Positions 12,200 to 24,983 are shown, counted from the first letter of the stretch. The stretch: 64,000 bases of DNA from Lama guanicoe (GCA_013239625.1 MU053431.1:248001-312000); one strand, 5' to 3'. Translations and numbers: made by a program. Notes: generated from the sequence alone by a model not told the origin.

Positions 12200-12890
12200 A
12201 ATCCGTGTGTCTCCAAGTGTGCAGCTCATTCACCTATTTGGGAATTGCATCTTCAGTTGCATTTCATTTTGATGGGAAGCATATCTTCTTTTTGAACAAC
12301 TGGTTAGGTGTCTAAGTGAATGGTTGTTTTTGTAGGAAGTCAGGCTTCTATACTGAAATTGAATTTTCCATAAATTTCATTGCAAACACAGGTATAAGAT
12401 ACATTTTCAAAATAGTTATATTTGACCTAAAAAAAGTGAGCCCAAGATTTGATGGTTAAGAAAGAATTTTCTAAAATCAGGAACTGCGTGGGAGGGAATA
12501 GGAAAAGTCACCACACCTGAACGACAATTTCAATGACAAAACAACAACAAAAATCATTGGCAGCAAACTGAGAGGCATTTTAACAGATCAGCACCATCAA
12601 GTGCTCTCCTGGGTTGCAGGATCTGATGGGTGATGAATGGTTTCAGATGCCAGGGACACGCCAGCTTCACACCGGGCTATGAGCAGCACAGGTATTTCGG
12701 CATAGTGTCTGTGCTACTCAGGAGGATAAATATTATATTTCATAATGATACACAGGATGGAGTGGTGTTCAGAGTGTGATTTTGGTGTTTTTATAGCTAT
12801 TAAGTTCTCAAAGTTGAAATTGCATTTTTATTCATTTACCTTTAAAGCTTGACTTTATAAGTGATTTGTGATTTTTTTTTCTTTGCCTTT
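12200..12890. mobile_element. Possible decayed hAT-Charlie-type DNA transposon
   Basis: AT-rich segment with blocks such as ttgcatttttattcatttacctttaaagcttg that resemble Charlie-family elements. The family is not securely recognised. Confidence 0.35.
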
Positions 12891-13077
12891 TTGGCTTAAT
12901 GAGTTGTTGACCCTAAAACAGACCCACATACAGAAGAGGACTTGAACGTACAATATAAAGTCAGAGAAAACTTCTATTTCCAAAATTTGATGAACTAGTT
13001 GCAAAAGGCAATATGAGTAAACTGGGAACAGCTTGTTTGATTGAATGAAGAAGTTATCTCTCCATTAAGAGAGTTCC

Positions 13078-13921
13078 AACATAATTCAATGGGGGAAGAA
13101 TGGGCTTTTCAACAAGTGGTGCTGGGAGAACAGGATTTCACATGCAAGATTGAAGTTTGACCCCTACCTCACATCATATACAAACATTAACTCAAAATGG
13201 TTCCAATACATAAATCTAAGGGATAAAACATTGCTGAAAGAAAGTAAAGAAGGTGTGCATAAGTAGGAAGACATCCTGTGTTCACAGGTTGGAAGACCTA
13301 CTATTGTTAAAACAGATTGTTAAACTTAGAAGAAAACAGGGGTACACTTTCATGACCTTGGATTTGGCAGTAATGGCTTAGATGTGACATCAAAAACATG
13401 AGCAACAAAATATAAAATAGATAACACTTGATTTGAACTCTTTCCTGCATCAAAGGGCACTATTGAGAGTAAAAAGATAATCCAAAGACTGGGGAAAACC
13501 TACAAATCCTACATAAATGATGAGGGCCTAGAATCCCGAATAGACACAGAACGTTTACAACGAAACAATAAAAAGATTAAATGTCCAATTTAAAAAGTGG
13601 AAAAAGTGCTTGAATAAACATGTCTCCAAAGAAGATATACAAATGGTCAATAAGCACATGAAAAAATGCTCACCATCAGCAGTTACCTGGAGCTGCAAAT
13701 CAAAACCCTGTGAAATAACACCGCTTCGTGCCGCTCGGGATGGGGAGTGAATACGTAATGTGTATGGGAGTTCCTTTTTGGGTGATGGAAACTTCTGGAA
13801 CTATATAGTAGTCATGTTTGCACAACAGTGTGAAGGTACTTTATGCCACTGTGTTGTACACATTAAAATGGTTAAAATGGTCGATGTTATTATGTTTTGG
13901 TTATTTTACCATGATAAAAAA
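13078..13921 (+). mobile_element. L1MB-like fragment: decayed ORF2 C-terminal part plus 3' UTR, internally rearranged
   Basis: Translates to LFNKWCWEN...DPYLTSYTNINSKW...LEEN...SKEDIQMVNKHMKKCS, which is L1 ORF2, and then reads as an L1MB 3' end. Confidence 0.92.
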
Positions 13922-14004
13922 GCTTAGCTATTATTGTCTGTTTCTCCTGGCAATAAAATCAATCTTTATTGTGCAGCTTGGCAATTTTATAATATTTTAA
14001 ATAC

Positions 14005-14390
14005 CTATTTTTTTTCCTGATTAGAAAAGCAATATTAGTTTACAGTTGAAGGGTTCAGACACACACAAGCACTAAGGGAAAAATAAAAGGCTCCTGGATT
14101 CCTACTACTAAACAGTAGCCACAGGGGGTTCTTTAACGTCAGCCCTCCTGGTCTTTGTTTCCATGTGCCTGTGGGTGTGTGCGCACAATCCTAGTTGTTG
14201 TGTTCATTTTTAACAAAACTGTTATTATGCAGAACATCATGCTGGGTGATCGGCTTTCCCTCTTACTGTATCACGGGCATTTTCCCATTGCCATTTCGTG
14301 TTCTCCCACATCACATTAAATCACGGAGTTAGTGCTGCATCTTAATGGTTGTAACATAATTTGTTTAGCCAACTTCTATTGTTGGATGGG
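14005..14390 (-). mobile_element. L1ME-like 3' end remnant
   Basis: tttcctgattagaaaagcaata...cataatttgtttagccaacttctattgttggatgg. Confidence 0.6.
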
Positions 14391-15299
14391 CCCTAACATT
14401 TCAGAGTTGGAATGCACTCCAGTCACTCTTGCATCCAACTTACTTCTCTCCCGAGCTTTAGCGCTGCGAGCCTTAAACACATGGCACACAAAACCCATTC
14501 CACGTTTTGAAAATAGAGGTAATTTTTCACTTTCCAGCTGGATTTGAATGTGGCATGGGCTTTGGAGTCACCATTCAGGAACCTAAAAGATGGACATAGT
14601 GGAGGAGGAGGAGGAGCGGGGATCAAGCCAGGCGAAAATAGTGTCCAAAGCATCAGAATTCTGTCCTGAATGGCTTTGTTTTCTTGAAAAAGAGATACGC
14701 AGACCATAAAATAGGTTGTTGACTCTGTTGGTGGCAGTTCCATCATGGGAAGTGGGGAATGCCTTCAGAGCCAGCATAGTGAACGCATCTCCTGTGTCCA
14801 AGCAGCACATGGACCCACCCGCAGTTCACAGCATGGCGACATCCCATCGCTTGGTCCTGCTGTACTGCGTCCCCTGTGTTTGCCAAGGCCGGGGCCCCAG
14901 GCAGGAGAAGCACTTCCTTACTCTGTCACTTCAGTGGCTGGTGGGAACCAGAGACATCAGGATGTCATCTACTGATGTCTTTAAACCCAGCTGGCTCATG
15001 TCAGGGTGAAAATAAATATGTTCCTTCCTGGAGGTCTACAAGAAACATATCACTTATTTTGGATGTTGGAAAACTAGTGAAGCAGTTATATGTTTTCAGA
15101 CACCCCCTCATGATCAGCAAGTCTCTCCAAGTAGAACCATTAACCCTTAAATGTCGCTGAGTCATTCCCTCCAATGACTCCCTCTGTCGGCTTAGCTGGA
15201 CGTGGGGGAGTGCACGTGAGATCACGTTAAACTAGGTAGATGAATTAGTCTAAACACAGGTTTTAAATTCAAACTAGATTGGTTTAGGAAGGATCGCTC

Positions 15300-15650
15300 C
15301 TAGACCATTTTTTCTATTGTGTTGAGTGAATTTTTCTTATTGAGTTATAGGAACATTTTACATATCTCAGGCACTGATTCTACTCCTTATTTTATATGTT
15401 GCAAGTCTTCTCTGTATCTTTTGCTTACCATTGAACTGTATTCACGGTGTGCAGAAGTTTTAAGGTTTTATGTAACCAAATATTTCTTTCCTACATGGTT
15501 TCTGCTCTTTATGTTTTAGTGAGCCAGGCCTTCCCTCCCCAGATTCAGTGTTCATTTTTGATACTTCCTTGCTTACAGAGTGCCCCCCTTCTCTTTGGGT
15601 CTCTTATCCACCTGACTTTAGTTTCTGTGTGTGGTGTGAGGCAGGGATGA
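15300..15650 (-). mobile_element. Old L1 ORF2 remnant
   Basis: ccattttttctattgtgttg...tttttcttattgagttataggaac...gcagaagttttaag...tctgtgtgtggtgtgaggcagggat. Confidence 0.75.
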
Positions 15651-16963
15651 GGAAGGCTATTTTAAGACCATCAGCTGTGGAACCATGTTTTCCAACAGGT
15701 GGGGCCTCAGATTGCGTTTTCTCTCCTTGGAAATTAAACATCAAAGCAAGCCCTGCCGTTGGAATGGCAGAGCTTCCTTTCAGGCGAGCTCCCCAGGGTC
15801 TTCCTCCTCACCAAGGGCAACGTGAGGCTTGGAAGCTTGTTTCCGTGGCCTGAGAGGCTTCCTTCAGAGAGAGACACTGCAAGGTCCTGCGCAAGTCTAC
15901 GGAGTGCCTTCTCAAGGCTCGTGCTGTTTCCAGAACGAGCATGGCCCCAGCACGGCTTGGCAACCCGGGTGGGCTTTCCAGAGTGAATAGCCGAGTGTAG
16001 GCCGTGAAGTCAAAACCCCTAAGTGCAGGGAATCCTCCTGAGAAACCTTCTGTGTGCCGTCTCTGGGCCCGGGCCAGGGGACGGTCTCCTCATGCAGTTG
16101 TCAGTAACGGACAACGAGAGCGCCACGGGGACGGGGGTGAGGCCTCCAGCGCTAGGGCTTAGAAAACACCTGCGATGCTCCTCCCTTGAGGCAGGTGTGT
16201 GAGCTAGGATCCCAACGGTCCTGGAGTCGCCCTGCCTTTCTCTTGATACTTCCCTTAACGAGGGAGAGCGGGGAAAGGCTCATATCCCAAACTGGTATCT
16301 GTCGGCTGGGACACCAGGCTTCTCTTTCTTGACCACACCGTGGACAGTAAGCAAAAAACATCTTATAAACATGTCAGAGCCAGGTTAACGCAACCAGAGG
16401 AAGGAAAAAGGCACTGCGTGATTGGAACACAACGACACGTGGGTTATTCCAAAGGAACAAAACATAATCCTAGCTCTGACTAATTAATTTTTTTCCTTGG
16501 CATTGAATGTCCTCCCCCAGCACGTCTTGACCTTTTAGTGGAGGCATCATCCACAGAAACTCTGTCAGTGTGCAGAGCAAGGGATAGAGGTGACTCACAG
16601 GGACAGGCTGGACCGCCCAGCCCCATGTCCCACGGTGAGCCAAGCAACAGAGGCCGGAGGATGGCATTGGGTGTCTTCTGGGATGCTGTGTTTTGAATTT
16701 ATCTCTAATGTAATTAACAAATGCAACACGAGCATATTTCATACAGCTTTGTCCCTGGAAAGTACACGGATCTCCCTGGAAACTTTTGGGAGCTGTCTTT
16801 ATCTGCTGTGTTTCCTGGGAGCTTCGTGAAATACAGGGAAGGCTGACTTACTACAAACCCAACGCTTCCTGGAGCTTCTTTCGGTTATTCTTTGTGCTCT
16901 CTTGGAACGTGCTCCTGTTCACCTTCAGTAATGAGCGTGAGGCACATGCCTGCCTCAGATGGA

Positions 16964-17005
16964 AGAGAGAGAGAGAGAGACAGAGACAGACAGAGACAGA
17001 GAGAG
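16964..17005. repeat. (GA)n/(GACA)n compound microsatellite
   Basis: Directly visible. Confidence 0.9.
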
Positions 17006-18069
17006 CCTGAAATACCTGTTTTGGGGCCTCTCCTTTATTCTCTCCTTTATCAGCCTGTGTCCAGATGGAAAATGTCAAATATGGATACACCGGGAGGCTC
17101 TGTGACTATCTGGCGTACTGAATTAGGGTTCTTGCCAAGTTAGAGATTGGGCTGCAGTCACGCCCGGAGGCTCATGGCGGGGTAGAATTCCTGGATTCCG
17201 GAGAGCTCCTCTTGTCTTACAAAAGGGAGAGATTGTCCCAGCACCAGCCCCCTCGTGTCCTTATGTGTTCCAGCAGAGTCTCAGACGACTTCTCAGAACT
17301 GGGGTTGGCATTTCACAACTACGGGCTCTTGAATGGCCACTTGATCATCATTAAACCCAGCCCTACATCTTTCTCTTTTCCCGGGAAGGATCTTCATGAG
17401 TCCAAATGCATCATTAGGTAGAAAGGCAAATGGCCTGCTTCTGCACTGGACCGCAAAGATGTTAAGAGGGAAGGGAGCTTAAGTTGGCCGAGGAAACGTG
17501 CTGGCTTCTGCTAGGCTCCTCCACCCTCGTAGCTGGGAATCCCACCATGGGGTGGCACCTGGGCCCAGGGCTGCACGGCCAGGAGGCTCTGCTTCTGCGC
17601 CCAGAGTGTCTGTGGACGAGCGAAGCTCTAACTCACGATGTCACATGGGTTTGCCTTCCACGGCCCACATTCCCTCAGTGCAGGAGGGAGCTCGGGGCCC
17701 GGTCTGCGTCTCTGGCCCAGAAGCCCACTCGGGAGACCCTTTCTGAGAGCCAAGTGACATTCTACAAGGTGTGTCGGCAGCTGGCCTTGCAGGAACCTGT
17801 CTGCTGGGGACCCTGGAGAAGTCCTTTGCTGAGCTGGCGGGACGTGGCTGTGGGAGACGGTGACGTTTCCCTGGTAGCCTCAGTGACAGAGGGCTGCGCG
17901 TTGTCTGGGCTTCGGACCAAACGCTTCCCACGGCCAAGATGCACTATTGAGCAGACTTGAGGCAAAAGAACTAACATGGGGGGGAGGGAAGTCCACGCAA
18001 AGGGCATCGTTACAGCAGCTAGCACTCCCGGTCCACCAGGCCCCGAGCTGCAGTGGCCGCAACGGCCTG

Positions 18070-18200
18070 TGAATCTTCAGAGCGGCCCTGGGAGGCCGTT
18101 ACTCTGTCATTATCATGACCCTTTGACAGACTGAGGCTCGGGGAGGCCTCGTCACCTGCCCCGAGTCTCACAGAGGCAGAGGAGACAGGACCCCAACCAA
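18070..18200 (-). mobile_element. MIR remnant
   Basis: ccctttgacagactgaggctcggggagg...tcacctgccccgagtctcacag...ggcagag resembles the reverse MIR core. Confidence 0.65.
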
Positions 18201-18696
18201 GACAACGCCTAAGTCACTCGGACCTATCTTTTGAAGAAAGACGGCATTTGATACGTTCTTGAAAACTAACTAAGGACAGTGGGGAAAGAGAAAGACGCCT
18301 CCTGCCGCAGACTGTCTGTCCCCACCCCCCCCCCGCCAGCGGTGGTGACCGCGGCAGAGCCTGGAAGCTGCTTGCTTTTATGCCTAGAACCGCTCTTCAG
18401 CGCCAGCCACGGAGCTTCTCCTGATCCTTTTACTCCCCACATCCGGTCTCCTCTCCCCTGGGGTCTGACCCACACCTCCTCCTCCTCTTCCTCCCAGCCT
18501 TGGTCGTCACAGACTGGAAACCTGAAGGTGCCCTGTCGTTTCCCTGCCCGGTCGTCCAGTCGGTGAAAGGGCTGGCTGAACAGACCCCGTGTCCATTTGG
18601 AAAACCAGGGACCAGCGAAAATGACAGCCTCCTGCTCCGCCTGGAGCCTCACCCGGCGGCTTGCTGTTTTCACACAGCAGGTCAGAGAGAAAACAG

Positions 18697-18754
18697 GAGC
18701 GCGTGCGTGTGAGCATGCATGCGTGTGAGTGCGCACGTGTGAGCGCGCACGTGA
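18697..18754. repeat. Degenerate 14-16-bp tandem repeat (4 units) of alternating purine-pyrimidine sequence
   Basis: gagcgcgtgcgtgt / gagcatgcatgcgtgt / gagtgcgcacgtgt / gagcgcgcacgtga. Confidence 0.8.
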
Positions 18755-19205
18755 AGCTTCCCGGTTGCTCAGACACAAAGGATGAAAATGTTCTGTTTGT
18801 GGTTTTAAAGTATTTTTTTGGTAAATATCCAGCTTTCTTTCCTTCACTCCCCAGCTTGCAGCCTCCAGGTGCAGGAAACCCCAGCCGAGGTTCCTACTCG
18901 GCACTGGCATTCTTGGTGAAGAGGGTGCAGGCGTTTCCTTCAGAAAGGTCAGGTGCTGATGTGCATTTACCTTCATGTACTCAGCATATTGATCGCTCTT
19001 CCCGCCTGAGCACCCCGCCTCCGGGGCTGCCCCTCCCTGCTGTCCCCCAGCCCCACCCACAGAGAGCAAGTGGAGTTTTTCGGCTGCAAAACCAACATCC
19101 ACGTTTGGAGGCTCCACCTTCAGGTGGGCTGCTCCTTCCAGGTGATGGTGAGTACCGAGGACCAACGGGACCTTCTGTCCTGTTTCAGAAGAGGTCAGAG
19201 CCCGT

Positions 19206-19556
19206 TGTCCCAGTGTGACGGCCGCAACAGAAAACCACAGACTGGGGGGACCTGAACAGCAGTTTATTCCTCACAGTGCTGGAGGCTGGAAGTCTGAGAT
19301 CACGGCGCCAGCGGGGCTGGTTTCCGGTGAGGCAGCACCGAGGTGGCCGTCTTCTCCGTGTCCTCACGTGGCCTTTCCTCCGTGTGAGCATTCCTGGTGT
19401 CACTTCCTCTTCTTATAAGGATGCCAGTCTTAGTGGATCAGAGTGATCTCACTTAACCCCAATTACCTCCTGAAAGGTTCCACCTCTAAATACAACGCCA
19501 TTGGGGATTAGGCTTCAATCTTTGAACTTGGAGGGGACACATTTCCGTCCACAGCA
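19206..19556 (-). mobile_element. MLT1A-like MaLR solo LTR
   Basis: The reverse complement starts tgctgtggacggaaatgtgtcccctccaa. Contains tcacagtgctggaggctggaagtctgagatca and cctcttcttataagga. Confidence 0.92.
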
Positions 19557-21149
19557 CCCACGTTACTAGAATTTCAGTGTAATTTAAAAGCCAGGATGAG
19601 CATGTTACTCCTGAATGTGCAGATTTCAGTGAGTTTCAGCATTTCTTTTTCTTTCTCCTGTGGGAAGAATGAGCTATAGCCTGGGAAGGCTCGAGTCACA
19701 GGACGTAGTGGGAGAGGTACCCAGAAGCACCTGCGAAGTTCTCGTGTTTCCTTCCCGTCGTTTGCAAGGGCAGCGGCTTATCCTTCCCCGTCCAGGCGGC
19801 CGCCCGTCGCCTGCGCCTTCCCGCGGGGAGGCCTGCCCGCCCGGCTCCCGGGGGACGTGTCCGTCTCGGGCTCACAGGTGGGACACGTTTGCTTGCACTT
19901 CACCCAGATGCACGGAGGCCGTGCGCTCGCTTTGTTCATTTGTTAATTTTTGTGTCCAGCTTTTCCGACCTGCCTCCGGGTCCCCTTGTCTGCTCTATGG
20001 TGGTAATGTTCAGTCTCTTCACGTAAAGATTCAGACTTTCAGATTTCGGTCACTTTCCTCTGCTCCTAGCCAAGATGGGGATTGGGCGTAGAGGTGCAGT
20101 TGGTTTGTTGTGTGTTTGTGACAGAGGACCAACGTGGGTTTGAGGTTGCGAGGTTACGTTGTCCTTGGGTTACAAGGCGTTCCCGTAAATCTCCATCTCC
20201 GCAGGGGTCTGCAGTGATGCCCCGAGTCACCTGCTGTCTCTGGGACGCCTTGCCTTACTAGGGAGGTGTCATCTCAGGAGCTCCCAAGGCCAACGGCCCC
20301 TGAGGGTAAGATGCCAGTTTCCTTTCAAAGAGCCTTTCGCTGGTCTGAGCCCAAGGAGTGAGCTCTTTCTGCATCTTACCAGGGTGGGCGACGCTCCAGG
20401 GGCAGGGACTTTCCCGGTGCTCCTGGTCACACTGCTCCTCCTTCACAAAGGGGGCCTTGATTGGTGGCATCTGGGGGGGCAACGCAGCACCCTGGAGAAG
20501 AGAAACTCCCTGATTCAAAGTCTAAACTATAGTACAGTGTCCCTTGATTCATGGGCCTTTTCTGCAAGCTCAGCCTTTTGAAGTAGCTTCGCTGACTCGA
20601 ACCAGAGAGTAAAAGCCGATTGCTTCTGCTGCTCCTGCCTCACTGACACGAGGGAAGGGAGCGCCTTAGCCTGCTTGCTCAAGGCGTCCCTTCACGGAAC
20701 GGAATGTGAAAGCTTGGGGTGGGCTTCTCGTGGGTGGACAGCCCCGTCTCTCCTCCCCGGGGTGTGTGGGGGGAACCGAGGAGAACAGCCAGCGACCTCG
20801 CTCCCTCTCCCCTCCAACCATCCATTCAGCCGCAGGCCACAAGTCTGCAGCATCTCACTACAAATTTAGCAGGAAAGCAGCGATAACACGCGGTTAAAAA
20901 AAAAGATTAAAGAGAGAGAAAGAGAGAGGAACTTAGCTGCTAGAACAGCTAACCAGGAACTTGGTCCTCGAACGATCCGTAGCATTTTGGGGCGACTTCG
21001 TCCGTGTGCAGTCATTCCGTCAGCTGCAGGGACCCGGCTGGAGCCTGTTCCCTTGGTCGCGCGGCAGGGCTGGGCTGCTCCCACCGTCTGGGCCTCTGAG
21101 CTGATGTACCCAGTCTGGATGTAATAGAGCCAGGAGGGCAGTTTCTCCA

Positions 21150-21590
21150 GATGGCAGTTTAAGCAGCAGATCAAGAGAGAGATTAAGTGCCTCATTCCCA
21201 CAGATTCTGAGAGATCTGCATTTGCAGGGGTCCTGCCCCCTGCTTGAGTCCAGTGGAAATTCAGCCGAGATGGTTCCTCTGATTGGCTCCTTCATTTGCA
21301 TGGTAATTACCCAGTTAGTTAATGCTCCCTCCTTGAGCTGAGTGGGCTTGTGGGGGAGAAAAATAGCAGGTGGTCTCTCCAGGCCACCGTAATGGCACTC
21401 TGCTCTTTCAGAAGCGTTTGATGGGTGTTTTTCCACGAAACTTAATTCAGTTTTGAATATGAATCAGGATGAAAACAAAACAAATCTAATAGCAATCAAT
21501 AGAATTTCTCCACGGTGGATCTCGGGGTAATTTAAGATGAATTGGCACAAAGAAGCTAAATCAAACCAACCAACCCTTTGTGCCTCTATG
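21150..21590. promoter_or_regulatory. Candidate enhancer (CCAAT, octamer and homeobox cluster)
   Basis: GATTGG at 21281-21286, ATTTGCAT at 21294-21301, palindromic GGTAATTACC at 21302-21311, AATCAAT at 21494-21500. No recognisable repeat. Confidence 0.4.
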
Positions 21591-21934
21591 AGCAGGTCTC
21601 ACCAGGGGGTCCTGCAGGGTAGAAGTTCTCGGCTGGGGCTCACAGCTGAGCTCTGGGGTCTGTGTAGCCCTGGAGACAGGGTTCCAAGGCCAGCTGGCGT
21701 GTGCGTTTTTTAGGGAAGGGGATTCATATATTTTCACTAGATCCTTTCTGGAAGGATCCAGTGGTCTCCACTGTGTTAGGCTCTACAGAGGTTTAAAAGA
21801 TGACTCGGAGAAGTTCTGAAGACCACAGGAGAGATGGCCCTAGACCTGCATTACTGCACAGCTGGAGACGCACAGCTGTGCAGGTGCAGACCACTGGCAC
21901 GTGGTAGGTCTGGGGGCCGTGGGAGAGGAGTGCC

Positions 21935-22145
21935 AAGTGCACTGACTCCGGAGCCGGAACCTGTGTCTGGACCCTGGTTCTGACACCAGCTGTGTGGTCT
22001 TAGGCAAGTTTCTCCACCTTTCTGTGCCTTGGCTTTCTTATCTGCAAAGTGGGGATGGTAGTCGCGGGCATCTCACAGGGAGACTTTGAAGACGAAGAAG
22101 ATCCACAGGGAGTTTTGCCCGGACCCTGGCGCCCAGGAAGGGGAA
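21935..22145 (+). mobile_element. MIR SINE
   Basis: gactccggagcc...agctgtgtggtcttaggcaagtttctccacctttctgtgccttggctttcttatctgcaaagtggggatggtag. Confidence 0.85.
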
Positions 22146-24054
22146 GAGCGGTCGCTGCGGCATCGCCACTACCGTCATCCCAGAGCCTGCGCGTCAGGCT
22201 TCTCGCTGTTTCCGCATCATTCACGGGGCAGTGCTGGTGGCACAGGGCTTGGCACACAGGGAGCAGAGCAGGTGTTCAGGGGGTGTTCATCCAGGTCCGC
22301 TCTTCCCTCCATCCCGCCCAGCCTCCTAGGGAAGGAGCCGCTCAGGACGCCGGGAGGAGCCGCGGCTCAAACCCCACGAAGGCGGCAGCCCTGCAAACCG
22401 CCTGCCTCTCCTGTGCTGATGGCATCGGCTTCTCTATGTATTTTCACTGTCTTCCTCGGGAGACACACATCTTGTGGCCTGCCCCTGAGCCTGCTTTCCA
22501 GAATGTAGCTTGGAGATTTTATTTGAGATAAACTATCATGAGAACATAGATTCTGTATTTGAATCCGGGAACATGCCACTTGACACCTTAAAAAAAATTT
22601 TTTTTAAAACAACATTAGTGCTGCCATCATTTGAAAGTTATGGATGTTTGGGGGAAATTTACATCTGACTGAGACCTTGAACCTTGGCCAGTGCTGGATA
22701 GTATTGTCTTTCTCCCCAGAGATGACAAGAGCCGTGGGTGGACCCCTGGTCCCAGAGAGCAGTGGCCGGACTTGCAGGTCTGTTGTAGCACATCTCCTGG
22801 CCCCTTGGGGCAAGTCCTGCTGCCGTGTCCTCACATGGGAGAGCTTCTGCCTCTGACGAGGTGGACTTACCTGAGAAAAATAAGGGAGGTTCATTGGTCA
22901 GTGTACCGATGGTGTTGAACTTCACAGGGACGGCCGCCAAGTCACCTAAGAGCTTTCTGTTGAATCTTCTTCGGTTTTGCAAATGACAGGGAGGAAGGTG
23001 AGCGTGGAGCATGGAGCTGAGGGTGGGTGGTCGACGGTGCACAGTGTTGTGGTCATTTTGGGGTCTTTCCCCAAAAGAAACAGCCTTGCCTTTTCTCATC
23101 ACAACAAAGATGCCAGAAATCCAGCCCTGGGATTTCTGGTCTAGATAGATCGTGGTGCAACATTATTCCACGGGACAGGACTGTCACCTTTGGATTCGCA
23201 CCGCACCAGCACAGCTGAGAATCCAGGCACCCCCAGGGAGTGAGTCGTGCAGGCGTGCACGCTGACCCCACGTGGCCTCGTGGGGCTTGTTGATTGCCAC
23301 GCACTCGGGAGAGAGCACACCTGAACTGCACTCCCCTGCACGGGGTGTGGTGTGCAGCACGTCCACCTGCCCACCAGCTTCATGCTGACCCCTCCCGCGG
23401 AGTGAGCGCGGGGGTCGGGGGACAGAGCATCCACGGTGCAGCTGAAGTGATGTGTGTTCAGGAAAGCAGCAAAATGCACGGCATCGATGTCTCATCCCTG
23501 TCAGTGGCCTAACAGCTCTCCAGGGGGGCCGGGCGGGCGGAGGCCTGAGCAGGGCCGCACCAGAAAGCACTCTACATCCAGACGCTTGGCGTGCTCTCTC
23601 TCTCTCCCCGCCCCGGCCCTTCTCAGAGGACACCCCTCCCCATGATTTGCTCAAATCTACGTTGTTTTTGGTTAGGGCGCATCATCCCCCAAAATGGCAG
23701 AAACCCACGCAGGATTCAAATTTGCTGGAATTCAATCTGTGAAGTGGACTAACTTGCACCTTAGGACGTGAAAGCAAACTCGAGTTCACCCAGGTGTGGG
23801 GAGGAGACACGGAAGAGAAGAAAGGACTCGGGCTGAGGGTGTACGTTGACAGCGGGGATTGCGTTAGCAGACGTGACAGTAAAGGAAGGGGGTTCTGTGA
23901 ACGCGCATCAGTCAGCTTCATTCAAAACTGGGACCAACTAGGGCCTCTTAAGGAGCAGATGTGCTGTGACTTTGACCTTCAAGGCACTTGTCATTAAGGG
24001 GGCAGGTGTGCAAACCCTGGTGGTGGTGGAGCTGGACAGTGTGAGGAGTGGAAG

Positions 24055-24180
24055 CTGTGTTATATAATGAGCGTATAATGAAGCTCAAGGTCCACTGGGA
24101 GCTGAATCTCCGCAGTCTTGGTGCTGATTGCTGCGTCATTTCTTCAATGGCTGTGCCCTGCCCCCTTCCTTCCTGTCTCA
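24055..24180 (-). mobile_element. 5' fragment of an ERV1 LTR, resembling the MER41-like family of laurasiatherians
   Basis: The reverse complement starts tgagacaggaaggaagggggcagggcacagcc...aatgac...ccaaga...cattatacgctcattat. The similarity is recalled, and the extent is uncertain. Confidence 0.5.
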
Positions 24181-24983
24181 AAATCATGGCTTCTCAGAAC
24201 TCAGATTGCGGTTTAGGGAGCAGAGGGGAGTCTTCAAACATCAGTCTTGTTTGTCGGGTGACGACTTTGGAGAGTCTGCAGTTCTGGGCACAATTAACTG
24301 TTACTATTCTTCATGTCGTGACTGAGAACCCTGGCCAGGAGGACGGGGCTGTCTCTCTTTGATGTGCTGTGAGGATGCTGGAGTTGTTTTTGCCAGGGCT
24401 GAAAATCCCGGGTATCTCTAGATGTTATATTTCTCCTGGAAAAAGGCTCTTCTGGGGCCAGTACAAAGAGAATTTTTTATGCTTCTGTGAGGAGATGCCA
24501 AAAAATATGTAAGACCAACAGCAACAACAACAAAAACTCCGCATCACATTCACCCCTTAAATTACTGACGGCCTGTCACAGGAATAAAACACCGACATTC
24601 ACTTTGGGGGCCTAATTTAAAATGACTTAGTTGAAGGAAGGAGGCACTTGTTTTGAACCACCTGCAATCCAAATGGAAAACCTGACATTAATGCCTAAAA
24701 AGCGTCTGTTGGGCACTGTTGGCGGCCTGCCTTGTGCCTTTATTCCTTCTCTCTTTCCCCGAAGAGCCTCCACCCTGTGTTTGCCCCTCAGCCTTGAGGG
24801 CCCTGTAGCTCCAGGGCCTGCATTCCCAGGGCCAGGCTGGGTTTGCGAATGGACTTGAGTCAGACACCTGCAGGCAGGCACGGGGGATTCTGGAGACAAA
24901 AGCCACCTGAACGGTGGCACCGGGAGAGACACAGCCACCCCTCCTTTGGGATCATGTCGTGCTTTGGGTTTGGAGGTACTGCA

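Noticed and set aside
18266..19165. Longest ORF (299 aa, minus strand)
   Set aside because: No recognisable domain. It runs through a simple repeat (HVRTHTHACSH) and low-complexity tracts, and ORFs of this length are plausible by chance in GC-rich DNA.
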